Assembly (NCBI GenBank): GCA_016860985.1
Contig: BOKM01000001.1
Span: 719,462-783,461 of the forward strand
Reading direction: 5' to 3'
Source: Patescibacteria group bacterium
GTDB taxonomy: Bacteria; Patescibacteriota; Dojkabacteria; GCA-002793355
Length of the DNA: 64,000 nucleotides
Of this stretch, positions 49,764-58,353 are shown in pieces. Each line of letters opens with the position of its first letter. The first letter of the stretch is position 1. The notes beneath the pieces are model-generated. The model saw only the letters and a program-made list of their open reading frames with translations, was not told where the DNA came from and did not search any database. Position numbers and translations under genes: made by a program.

Positions 49764-50753
49764 ATGGTTAAAGAACAACGCCGAATAACGAAAGGAGCGG
49801 AGCGAGTAGCCACAGTTTCAGACTCACTAGATTTATTACGAAGCAAAGATTCTCCTCTAACGAAGATAAGTGATCAACTTTCACAAATTCGGGCTAATTT
49901 TCAGGTTTTGCTATCTCCTGGGGATAAGCAATTTAAAGATTTGCCCAAGCGCGTAAGGCTTATGATTGTGTCGTTTCTCGTCCCTGCGTTGTTTGCAGCA
50001 AGTAAATTACTGCTCTTTACCTCTACAACGTCACCCCTTATCTGGAGCTTAATCGCCTTGGCGCTTGCAATTTTAACGTATGGAGGGATGTATTGGGGGG
50101 TAAAAGGTCAAATTCGTCGTGATTCTCTAACGTCTGTTTTGCCTTTGCCATCGCTTTTTGTCTTTGCAAATGTTCTCTTTTTAAGCACTGTTTTTGTGGG
50201 CGAAGTTAATAGGCTCTATTTATGGGGGCTTTTCTCTCTTGCGCTGATTACCTTTATGATTTTATTATATGTGCTTTCACTCGCTGTAAATATATTAAAT
50301 GTTACATTGTTTTACACCATACCACTCAGCAGACTAGGCGAGTCAGTTGCCTACTTATCTAGCCTTATTACGCTGTTTTTGTTCACCTATGCTGCAGGCG
50401 CAACCGCAGTTTCTCTGTTTGCAACCTCGTTTTGGCTCTGGTTATTACTTCTTGGTGTTATTGCGTTTTTATTCATCTTTATACTCACATATTCGTTGTG
50501 GCGTTATTTCATCGCAAGCGCCCAAGCGGTCGGACCTTTTTCGCTAGGGATTTCTGTGCTTTTGTTCGTTGTTTGGGGCTTTTTCGTCTTCGGATTGCCC
50601 CATATTTGGCTTAGTGCTGTTATGACTGGGCTTTCTGCCTACATTGTGTACGGATTTGTTATTCACAAAGAACAAAACACATTAAAAAGCGTGGTTAATA
50701 TCGAATATATGGTACTTTTGCTGCTTGCGTTTTTCGTCATCCTAGGTGCATAG
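49764..50753 (+). CDS. hypothetical polytopic membrane protein
   Basis: About 8 TM helices, directly after ruvB. Confidence 0.4.
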   Translation: MVKEQRRITKGAERVATVSDSLDLLRSKDSPLTKISDQLSQIRANFQVLLSPGDKQFKDLPKRVRLMIVSFLVPALFAASKLLLFTSTTSPLIWSLIALALAILTYGGMYWGVKGQIRRDSLTSVLPLPSLFVFANVLFLSTVFVGEVNRLYLWGLFSLALITFMILLYVLSLAVNILNVTLFYTIPLSRLGESVAYLSSLITLFLFTYAAGATAVSLFATSFWLWLLLLGVIAFLFIFILTYSLWRYFIASAQAVGPFSLGISVLLFVVWGFFVFGLPHIWLSAVMTGLSAYIVYGFVIHKEQNTLKSVVNIEYMVLLLLAFFVILGA

Positions 50754-51251
50754 GGTAGAGGGGTGTGGATAAGTATAGACCTATAGTGTACATATCCCAT
50801 AGTAATCAGTCTGGCTATTTGTATCTTTTATACAAATATATGGAGGAGTGGCTATTCCTTCGATGTTCTTTCAGAAATATAAGGAAATTCCAAAAGAAAA
50901 GAGTGATAATTTTTCATATTCTACTCTAAATGTTGTGCCTTACTTCATATCGGTGCATGCAGTGCTAAAGTGCCAAAATTGTAAGCGCTTTTAGATTGAG
51001 TATAATCTCCCTTATACGCAGTCGAAACCTGTCAAGGTGGGAGTAGTGCCCTATTTACGGTTGTTACAAACAAAAAACTTATTTCAAAATATTTTCGCAG
51101 TAATTCTCTATTATGTTTATTAAATTTGTAATTTTTTCTGAATTTCGACGGAAAGTCGCCTTTTCTTCGGTTCTCCCTCTCGCGGCCGGCTGTTTATCTT
51201 TTGACTCCCCTGCCTCACACTTTGGCTGAATCTGCGCTATACTGTGAAGGA

Positions 51252-52382
51252 ATGAGAAAAATATCCATACAACAGCTGATGGAAGGCGATAAAACGCCCA
51301 AACTTGAGCGACAAAACGAGTACCTGTTATCTCTTTATAACGACGATTACAGCGACGAAACCGTTTATAATTACAATAGGGATCTATCTTTCTTTGCAGA
51401 ATATCTTTTACTTTCTAATACATCTTTTGAAAATATCTCAAAGTTAACGATTACGTATTACAAAGGATGGCTTAAGGAGAGAAATCATATTCACCAGAAG
51501 GTTCACGAACAAGAAATGGCAAAACAAGATGGTGATGGTAAGAAAAAGCCCCAGAATACCGTTGAAACGCGTAAAAACGCCTCAAAATCAAACGATGTAG
51601 CTTCAGTTGATCAAAAGGACGTTAAAAAACTGCAAAAAGGAGGCTTTGTGAAGAATAACAACCCAGAACAGCTTGATGCACTTTCTATTAATAGAATTCT
51701 AGTTGCTCTTAGAAATTATCTTCGATTTTTAGTCGAGTATGATTATCCAGCTCCAATTGCACCCGACGCAGTCACCTTGGTTCGACTTGCAAAAAAGAAA
51801 CCTCAGGTTCCAAGCCTAGATGAAGTAGTCGCTTTGGTAGAAGCTCCAACACATTACGAGGCTGTTTCTATCATTGCCCTGAGAAACAGAGCAGCGCTTG
51901 AACTTTTACTTGCTACGGGTATGCGTATATCAGAAGTAGTGAGTATAAACAGAGATCAAATAAACGGCGAGGGAAAACTTTTGGTTAGGGGTAAAGGGCG
52001 CAAAGATAGGTTTGTGTATCTAACGCCACGAGCAGTGGGGCACGTTCAGGAATACCTGAAAAATAGAGTAGACTCCTACCCTGCTCTTTTTTTACCAACG
52101 AGTGGAAGGCGCTTAAAGGGCAATGATCCCCGAATTTCAACCAATTATCTGCAAATGAAAATCGCCTATTATCGACGGATGCTTGAGATCGTTGTTCCAA
52201 TTAGCGCGCATACAATTCGTCATGCATACGCAACGTATTTGGTCGAAAATGGCGCCAATCCTGCAGCAATTCAGATCTTGCTTGGGCACGAAAGCCTTCA
52301 AACAACGACAAAGTATGTACATGCAAGCGATAAATATGCAGAGGAAACACACAAAGAGTTTCATCCAGCAATGGATGAGTAG
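51252..52382 (+). CDS. tyrosine site-specific recombinase, XerC/XerD-like, with lysine-rich insertion in the N-terminal domain
   Basis: GMRISEVVSINRDQI...VRGKGRKDRFVYL...HTIRHAYATYLVENGANPAAIQILLGHESLQTTTKYVH gives the R..HxxR..Y catalytic signature. Start MRKISIQQ at 51252 follows GAAGGA. Confidence 0.8.
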   Translation: MRKISIQQLMEGDKTPKLERQNEYLLSLYNDDYSDETVYNYNRDLSFFAEYLLLSNTSFENISKLTITYYKGWLKERNHIHQKVHEQEMAKQDGDGKKKPQNTVETRKNASKSNDVASVDQKDVKKLQKGGFVKNNNPEQLDALSINRILVALRNYLRFLVEYDYPAPIAPDAVTLVRLAKKKPQVPSLDEVVALVEAPTHYEAVSIIALRNRAALELLLATGMRISEVVSINRDQINGEGKLLVRGKGRKDRFVYLTPRAVGHVQEYLKNRVDSYPALFLPTSGRRLKGNDPRISTNYLQMKIAYYRRMLEIVVPISAHTIRHAYATYLVENGANPAAIQILLGHESLQTTTKYVHASDKYAEETHKEFHPAMDE

Positions 52383-52430
52383 ACTCTATATGATGTTACT
52401 GTAATATCGCCGGCCAGCAAACTGTTGTTG

Positions 52431-53435
52431 TTAGTTGCGACTTACGGGCGTAGGAACGTATTCTCCTAAATACCCAAGGGTTATCTTTATCTTTTCTGCG
52501 TTCTTAATTCTTTCGACATAACCGAATGTCGTATTGCTTTCGTATTCGTTTCTGTGAGGTGTAATGTAGGGGGTAATACCTTTTTCAAGGTAAAGCTCAG
52601 TTAAACTATACTTTGGTTCCTCCGATGGAACTGTCCGATCTGGAATGGGAGTAAACGTTCCTTTAAAGTTCAATTGTTCGGGCACAAAAACAATGAGTTC
52701 TTGAAACCCTGTTGACCACAATGAAGTATCGACATCTTCTGGTGCGTCGTATTCAGCTGGGAAACTTGGTTCTTCCTGTTCGGAATATATCTCAACAACC
52801 ATTTTGCCATATGGATTGCTTGTTTTCTCAGTAGTCGTTTTGAGTTTGTAATTTGGACTGCCTGTAAATTGAATAAATACTTCTTCGTCTTTTAAATCTC
52901 GCCCGTGGTACACATAGACCGTTCTCATGTTTTTGGCTGGAAAAATAACTTCGAGTTCTTGGGCTTTATTGCCTTTTGTAACTGTCCATTTGGAGCGGAG
53001 TTCTTCTTGTGCTACGTTTGAATATCTACCTTCTGGTGTGGTTACGGTAAGATAGAGGTTTCGTGCAGCAACTGAAATTCCACTAAGTAAAGCAATAACT
53101 ACTGCACCTTGGAGAAGTTTTACCCCGAGTTGACGGTAACCAACGGTAGCTCCAAGAAGTGGGAGTTCGATTAGCTTTGGCACATTAAAATCTTTGACCA
53201 GATCTTGTACCTTTCCTAACGTTTCGAGAATAGTTTTTGCCTCTGCAAAATTGATTGTACTTGAGGCCGATTTTTCAGTTTTCTCCGTGATATGTGCGAG
53301 AATTTCTTCTCGTAAACCAGTGTAAGTCGCCTCTGGAAGATACACTTTGAAAAGGTCAAAATCTTCTAGGTATTTAGAGAATAGACGCGCAGCATCTTTC
53401 TCGATTTTGGGGCTTTGGAAAATGTTTTTTTCCAT
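52431..53435 (-). CDS. DUF1700-like N-terminal domain / DUF4097-like beta-rich C-terminal domain membrane protein (PadR operon partner)
   Basis: N-terminus LPEATYTGLREEILAHITEK...ILETLGKVQDLVKDF has a DUF1700-like pattern, followed by a TM helix and a beta-rich C-terminus. Begins 3 nt after the padR stop. Confidence 0.45.
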   Translation of the reverse strand: MEKNIFQSPKIEKDAARLFSKYLEDFDLFKVYLPEATYTGLREEILAHITEKTEKSASSTINFAEAKTILETLGKVQDLVKDFNVPKLIELPLLGATVGYRQLGVKLLQGAVVIALLSGISVAARNLYLTVTTPEGRYSNVAQEELRSKWTVTKGNKAQELEVIFPAKNMRTVYVYHGRDLKDEEVFIQFTGSPNYKLKTTTEKTSNPYGKMVVEIYSEQEEPSFPAEYDAPEDVDTSLWSTGFQELIVFVPEQLNFKGTFTPIPDRTVPSEEPKYSLTELYLEKGITPYITPHRNEYESNTTFGYVERIKNAEKIKITLGYLGEYVPTPVSRN

Positions 53436-53437
53436 TT

Positions 53438-53767
53438 TTATGTATATTTATGTGAGATTATTGTATTTACAATGGCAACGTATTCTTTCCATTGTTTTAT
53501 GCTTTCTGTAAGCATTTGTGTTCCCTTTTCTGTAATTTCATAGTATTTTCGTGGCCTTCCCTGTTCTGATTCTTCCCACGTTGCAACCAAGTAGCCATCA
53601 GTTCGCAGCCGGATTAGGATTGGATATAACGTACCCTCTGTGATAATCATTCCGAGTACTTTGAGTTGCTCGACAAGATCATAACCATATTTACGCTCCT
53701 TTTGAACAAGGGCCAAGATGCAGAGCTCTAGTGTCCCCTTTTTTAATTGTGTATCTAATTCGGCCAT
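53438..53767 (-). CDS. PadR family transcriptional regulator
   Basis: KGTLELCILALVQKERKYGYDLVEQL...EGTLYPILIRLRTDGYLVATWEE...PRKYYEITEKG is a canonical PadR wHTH. Confidence 0.85.
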   Translation of the reverse strand: MAELDTQLKKGTLELCILALVQKERKYGYDLVEQLKVLGMIITEGTLYPILIRLRTDGYLVATWEESEQGRPRKYYEITEKGTQMLTESIKQWKEYVAIVNTIISHKYT

Positions 53768-53793
53768 ACCTTATATTTTGTATTACAAGGTAT

Positions 53794-53822
53794 ATTGTAC
53801 TGCACTATCCTCTCGATGTCAA
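53794..53822 (-). promoter_or_regulatory. sigma70 consensus promoter TTGACA -17- TACAAT driving the padR operon
   Basis: On the minus strand, TTGACA (53817-53822) and TACAAT (53794-53799) are 17 nt apart, about 27 nt upstream of the padR ATG. Confidence 0.55.
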
Positions 53823-53953
53823 ATCAATTGACGATAATGCACAAAATAGTAAGGTTATTTATCTGTTTATAAAGATTCATGATTCAAGAGAGTACCGAGA
53901 AACAAACTGAATACTCTACTCTCTCGAACTGCGTGCCGATAACGATGCTCCAA

Positions 53954-55003
53954 TTAGAAAAGGTCATTGAAGAGGTAGTCCCCTTTTTGGCAGATTTGTG
54001 TTTTAAACAATGGAATGCTGACCATTTCGGGCTCACTCTCTCGTATTGAGGTAACTACCGATTCCCAAGTCGATTCTGCATTAAAAACTACAGGAATTTG
54101 ATATTTTGATTGAAGTTCTGCAAGTTGTTCGTCCGTTTGTGCGACCATAATTCTAACTGAATCCGAACCTTTCATTATTTCTGAATTGTAGTTCGTCGCT
54201 GTCATTATGACCTGAATGGGAGTTAACCATAAGGGCAGTCTACCGTTTGCCTCAATAATGCTAGCAATAATTCGTTCTGCCCCACCGAGGGTAAAGTCTA
54301 CAAGTATGCTCGCTTTGTTGCCAATCTCAACGTTAAATAATTCTAGCGCAGAAAGTTCAATTATTTTTCCGTTCGGAAGGGAAATGTTGAAGTCGAGTGC
54401 AAGCACAGCCTCCTCTTCAGAAGACAAGTTAATTTCGAATTTCTCTCCCCAGGCTTTTTCTAACTCTTCCCACGAAATAAGGGAATTGTCTTTTACATGA
54501 CATTTAACTGAGAACTTAACATTCCAATCGTTTTCGAAGCTACGGATACACTTCATCAACCCAATTACGTCGCTAAGCGCCTGATCTTTGTTTATTGTGA
54601 AAGAGTGAACATCAGTAACCTGAAATGCCGTCTGGCGTGTAAACGGTGTAAGTCTTGATTTTTCTTCTCCTCTAAACAGTATTCCTTGTTCTACAAATGT
54701 AAGTGGGAATTGTTCATTCGGTATGTCTTTGTCTTTGAGCGTCTTAAAGTAATAATGGTGAAATGTGTGTCTCATTGAACCCTCTGGGGATATTGAAATT
54801 GCTTCTTTCGAATGAGTAAGGTTGTCTTGGATTAAGGGGCTGTCTACGTAAATGGGATTATTAAAGTATTTGAATACTGCGCCAATACAGTATCTCTTTA
54901 TCAAATCAACGGTTGTTTTACCAAAAGGAGTAAATTTTAATGAAAGAAAATCGTCGACCGCATAGGGCTCTGCAAGAGTATTAAGAATATTTAGACTATT
55001 CAT
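53954..55003 (-). CDS. truncated threonyl-tRNA synthetase paralog (class II catalytic core plus partial anticodon-binding domain; zinc-site Cys lost)
   Basis: It aligns by eye with this window's own ThrS. PLTFVEQGILFRGEEKSRLTPFTRQTAFQVTDVHSFTINKDQA corresponds to [42 protein letters not shown] (motif 2). LPLWLTPIQVIMTA corresponds to FPVWLHPEQVVIIPI. The ThrS MTCPHH zinc-ligand segment reads MRHTFHH here. There is no N-terminal editing or TGS region, and the protein is 349 aa. Confidence 0.6.
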   Translation of the reverse strand: MNSLNILNTLAEPYAVDDFLSLKFTPFGKTTVDLIKRYCIGAVFKYFNNPIYVDSPLIQDNLTHSKEAISISPEGSMRHTFHHYYFKTLKDKDIPNEQFPLTFVEQGILFRGEEKSRLTPFTRQTAFQVTDVHSFTINKDQALSDVIGLMKCIRSFENDWNVKFSVKCHVKDNSLISWEELEKAWGEKFEINLSSEEEAVLALDFNISLPNGKIIELSALELFNVEIGNKASILVDFTLGGAERIIASIIEANGRLPLWLTPIQVIMTATNYNSEIMKGSDSVRIMVAQTDEQLAELQSKYQIPVVFNAESTWESVVTSIRESEPEMVSIPLFKTQICQKGDYLFNDLF

Positions 55004-56181
55004 TGTTTTATAATTTCTTTAATTAAATTTACACAAGACTCAATTTGTTCCTTGGTATTGTAATAATGTGGAGAAATTCTTAGGATGCTTTCATCACCTA
55101 TCTCCCGCGCAGCTAAAACAATCCTGTAATTATGTAATTTTGCAACGATCTCTGAAGGTTTTTTCCCTTCGATTTTGAAAGAGACGATTGATGTTCTCTT
55201 CGCAAGATCATTGACTCCTAATATTGATACTCCCGGTATATCGTTAAGTAGTTGAATTGTTAACGCAATTAATTCTTTGTTCTTCTTTGCAACTTCGCTA
55301 ATACCAACTCGATTCAACAATTCAATCGCCTTGAGTAGGCCCACAACTCCCGTATAATTTCTAAAACCGTTTTCAAATTTATATGGTCCAGGCTTTACAG
55401 TATAATCATCATTTGAAAAATTTAGCTTAACTTGAACCCCATCTGATATTGCCTCTAAAATTCTAACATCCATACCGTAGTAATTAATTAGTTTTTGTGT
55501 TTCTTTGCTAATATACAGAATCCCAATGCCTGGAGGAGCACAGAGCCATTTGTATCCAGAAAAAACCATATAATCGCAGCCAAGAGCTTTCACGTTAACA
55601 GGCAAGCAACCAACTGTTTGTGCAGCGTCGACGAGCACGGTGTAGCTATATTTTTTTGCAAGAAGTGCTATGGATTCTACGTCGAGGACTGTTCCAAGGT
55701 TGTAAAGTGCGTGCGCAATCGCAACTATACCCCCTGGTTTTTCTTTCATGAGCAGCTCAATCTTTTGAAGGTCTGGGTTGCCAAATTCGTCAGAGCCGGT
55801 GATTTGTAAATCAAGATTTTTCTCTTTTGCAATTTTTAGCCAAGGCAAGAAGTTAGCCACATGTTCCTTTGATGATTCTCTCAGGATAATTCTGTCATTT
55901 TCTTTCCAAGAATAACCTTCAGCGATGATATTGATTCCATGTGTAATACTTTGGGTAAAAATGACTTCCTCAGGGGAACACCCAATTAGTCCTGCAACTG
56001 CATTACGCGTTTCTTCAAAATACGCTTCCTTTTTTACAAAAGGTGAGTCGGGACCATTATGTGAGTATTCTTGCAAGTAAGCATGAGTATCATTTAATAT
56101 GCTTTCAGGAACCGGCCCGAATGCTGCGTTATTTAAATAGTTCGTCGTATTATTTATCGCAAAATCATCTGCTTCTATCAT
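55000..56181 (-). CDS. class V (fold type I) PLP-dependent aminotransferase/desulfurase-family enzyme lacking the desulfurase catalytic Cys
   Basis: The PLP-lysine region is FSGYKWLCAPPGIG. The C-terminal region is SufS/IscS-like (...ISPHYYNTKEQIESCVNLI), but the active-site loop reads AAREIGDES with no Cys. ATGA overlap with the downstream ThrRS-like gene. Confidence 0.65.
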   Translation of the reverse strand: MIEADDFAINNTTNYLNNAAFGPVPESILNDTHAYLQEYSHNGPDSPFVKKEAYFEETRNAVAGLIGCSPEEVIFTQSITHGINIIAEGYSWKENDRIILRESSKEHVANFLPWLKIAKEKNLDLQITGSDEFGNPDLQKIELLMKEKPGGIVAIAHALYNLGTVLDVESIALLAKKYSYTVLVDAAQTVGCLPVNVKALGCDYMVFSGYKWLCAPPGIGILYISKETQKLINYYGMDVRILEAISDGVQVKLNFSNDDYTVKPGPYKFENGFRNYTGVVGLLKAIELLNRVGISEVAKKNKELIALTIQLLNDIPGVSILGVNDLAKRTSIVSFKIEGKKPSEIVAKLHNYRIVLAAREIGDESILRISPHYYNTKEQIESCVNLIKEIIKQ

Positions 56182-56251
56182 TAACTAGTAAAAAAAGTTA
56201 GTATATTGCCTCGATTTCCGGTATTCTCTTCTCTTTTCATTTTGCTGTCAA

Positions 56252-56278
56252 GCCTAAGTAGTACGTTACTGCTTAGGC
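56252..56278. promoter_or_regulatory. 27-bp imperfect palindrome (candidate operator) in the divergent intergenic region
   Basis: GCCTAAGTAGTAC g TTACTGCTTAGGC: the two 13-nt arms match at 11 of 13 positions. It overlaps the predicted -35 region of the kinase promoter. Confidence 0.5.
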
Positions 56279-56293
56279 AATGCCGAATTAGAA

Positions 56294-56302
56294 TGTTATA
56301 AT
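56294..56302 (+). promoter_or_regulatory. extended -10 element TGtTATAAT for the kinase gene
   Basis: TGTTATAAT lies 26 nt upstream of the ATG at 56329. Confidence 0.4.
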
Positions 56303-56328
56303 ACGCGCATAATTCTACTCATACGTAC

Positions 56329-57246
56329 ATGACTACATTGGAGCCAGAAACAATTGAAAAAAATGAACTCGCAATAAAAAGGATTCAAGAAATTGTTGGT
56401 GCTGATTATGCTGTTAAGCCCCTGGATGGCGGCTTTTCTGGAGCCGGTAAGTTTACAGCAGAGAGCCCTAGTGGTTCGGAAAAGTTGTTCGTCAAATATA
56501 GTGAAGTAGATAACAGCCTGGCTCCACCGAGAAAATATGTTGATTGGCTAAATCAAGAAATTGATGTTATGGCGTCGATGGGTGAACAACCTTTCGTACC
56601 AAGTGTAATAAAGGCTTACAAGGGTGACGAATATAGCGTACTCGCAATTAATCAACTGGAGTGGCCCAATAAACAAATAACATGGACGATGGAAAATGTT
56701 CAAAAGGTTTTGAAGGTAGTTCGGCAACTAAAAGATGTCCGCACCTCAGACAAACCAGCAATACCTCCTCCAGATGCTGGTGAGCAAAATCCCTGGAAAG
56801 ATGTATTTGAACAAATTAAGTCATCGGATCCTTCCCCATATGCTTCAAGAGCTTGGTTAGAGCAAATTAGAACTCGAGTTTTGGCTCTTGACCCAACCGA
56901 GCTTCTTACTCCAAAAGATTTTGTTCACGGTGATTTAAGGAGCGATAATATTCGTCTTGGAGACGGGTTGCCTACCGTACTTGTTGACTGGACTTTTGCT
57001 GGAATGGGGAACCATGATTTAGATATCGCGTATTGGTTGCCCAGTGTGAAAATGGAGGGTGGACCAGAACCGTGGGAAATCATGCCAAATAGACCTGACC
57101 TTGCCATGATGGTTGTAGGTTACTTCTTTGCACGAGCGATGTTACCGGAAATACCTGATGCTCCAATGGTACGAACGATTCAAAGAAAACAACTAATAGC
57201 GGCACTCCCTTGGCTCGCTCACGAGTTGAATGTTCCGCTGCAATAA
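56329..57246 (+). CDS. APH-like phosphotransferase (aminoglycoside / homoserine-kinase-II / AmgK fold) kinase
   Basis: Catalytic loop VHGDLRSDNIRL, and VDWTFAGMGNHDLDIAYWL, corresponding to the DWE..G.G....D motif. Confidence 0.75.
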   Translation: MTTLEPETIEKNELAIKRIQEIVGADYAVKPLDGGFSGAGKFTAESPSGSEKLFVKYSEVDNSLAPPRKYVDWLNQEIDVMASMGEQPFVPSVIKAYKGDEYSVLAINQLEWPNKQITWTMENVQKVLKVVRQLKDVRTSDKPAIPPPDAGEQNPWKDVFEQIKSSDPSPYASRAWLEQIRTRVLALDPTELLTPKDFVHGDLRSDNIRLGDGLPTVLVDWTFAGMGNHDLDIAYWLPSVKMEGGPEPWEIMPNRPDLAMMVVGYFFARAMLPEIPDAPMVRTIQRKQLIAALPWLAHELNVPLQ

Positions 57247-57248
57247 CC

Positions 57249-58244
57249 CTAGTGTGTAAGAATTGTTATTTTCGCAGAATTTTCAATCGCTTTTACTTCG
57301 CACGTGCCTCCGATTGGAATTGTTGCATTCGGGGTTGTATGCCCAAAATCAACATTTGCTACAATCGGAATGTTACTCAGCTCTGGGTGAGATAGGAAAA
57401 TCTGCTCAAGCAATTTAGGTGTTATTCCTGAAATATTATGGAATCGACCAATTACAATTGCCTTGATTTCTGATGAGTAGGATCTATTCATAAACGATTC
57501 AAAAAGTCCTGCGAATGACTGCGCATGTATATCACTAGTCGCTTCGAGAAAAAGAATCGCATTGTGTAATGGTCTTTCGTACTCAGTTCCGGCGTTTAAT
57601 ACATAAGTAGAAGTATTTCCACCATATATCGTTCCGGTTGCTTTCCCCTCACGAATAACCCAATACCCCTCATTTCTGATATAAGAACGATTCTCCTGGT
57701 CTTTGAACCAAGTGTCGTCACTCCATTCTTCCGAGGGGAGTAACTCATATGGAAGTTTCTCGCTGCAACATTTAATAAAATATTCTAGAGAGTAATTAAA
57801 CCCATATTTCATTCCCCAGCTTGTGAAGTGTGGTCCTAAATAGGTAATTAGTCCGGTCTTTGCGTAGATACCGTTAAGGATTGAAGTAATATCAGAATAG
57901 CCACAAATGACCTTTGGATTTGCCGCAATCAAATCGTAATCTAAATATTTTAATAGTTGATTTGAAGTATAGCCTCCCAAAACGGTAAGTATGCCATCAA
58001 CGGTTGAGTCCGAAAAAGCAGCATGTATGTCATCTACGCGAGATTTTATTGAGGAGGAGTCAAAAGAATCCCTTTCATATACATGCTCCCCAAAAGATAT
58101 TGTAAAGCCAGTATCTTCGAGTCGTTGCTGTGCCAATGGAATGATATCTTGCTTGATAAATGCGAGCGAGCGTGCAGGGGCAATGATTCTCAAGTGGGCA
58201 AGCGGATTCAATCGCTTAGCAATCAAAATTTTTCCCAAAAACAA
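57249..58244 (-). CDS. S66 family peptidase (LD-carboxypeptidase LdcA / microcin C immunity MccF-like)
   Basis: LRIIAPARS...TVLGGYTSNQLL...VICGYSDITSI (Ser nucleophile in GYSD)...VDFGHTTPN (His). Confidence 0.8.
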   Translation of the reverse strand: MFLGKILIAKRLNPLAHLRIIAPARSLAFIKQDIIPLAQQRLEDTGFTISFGEHVYERDSFDSSSIKSRVDDIHAAFSDSTVDGILTVLGGYTSNQLLKYLDYDLIAANPKVICGYSDITSILNGIYAKTGLITYLGPHFTSWGMKYGFNYSLEYFIKCCSEKLPYELLPSEEWSDDTWFKDQENRSYIRNEGYWVIREGKATGTIYGGNTSTYVLNAGTEYERPLHNAILFLEATSDIHAQSFAGLFESFMNRSYSSEIKAIVIGRFHNISGITPKLLEQIFLSHPELSNIPIVANVDFGHTTPNATIPIGGTCEVKAIENSAKITILTH

Positions 58245-58318
58245 ATAATCTCAGTACAAGAAATCATGCACTATTATACTATGCCTTATTGTCGCTACTC
58301 AAGAAGCATTTAATATCA

Positions 58319-58327
58319 TGCTATAAT
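58319..58327 (+). promoter_or_regulatory. extended -10 element TGcTATAAT for the AlaRS-like/methyltransferase gene
   Basis: TGCTATAAT lies 27 nt upstream of the ATG at 58354. Confidence 0.4.
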
Positions 58328-58353
58328 TACGTTCAAAGTTAGGCAACAACTAC

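Noticed and set aside
51252-52382. Tyrosine recombinase as a prophage or integrative-element integrase
   Set aside because: The catalytic region is closest to XerC/XerD, there is no adjacent tRNA, direct repeat or phage-like gene, and the neighbours are ruvAB and a PadR operon. It is more likely the chromosomal Xer recombinase.
55000-56181. Cysteine desulfurase (IscS/SufS) supplying sulfur to MnmA
   Set aside because: The loop that carries the persulfide-forming Cys in IscS and SufS reads AAREIGDES with no Cys, so a desulfurase function is unlikely. It is called a generic class V PLP enzyme.
57249-58244. Asserting the S66 peptidase is specifically a microcin-C immunity MccF
   Set aside because: LdcA and MccF cannot be distinguished by the catalytic motifs visible here. 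A peptidoglycan-recycling LD-carboxypeptidase is equally plausible, so the family-level call is kept.
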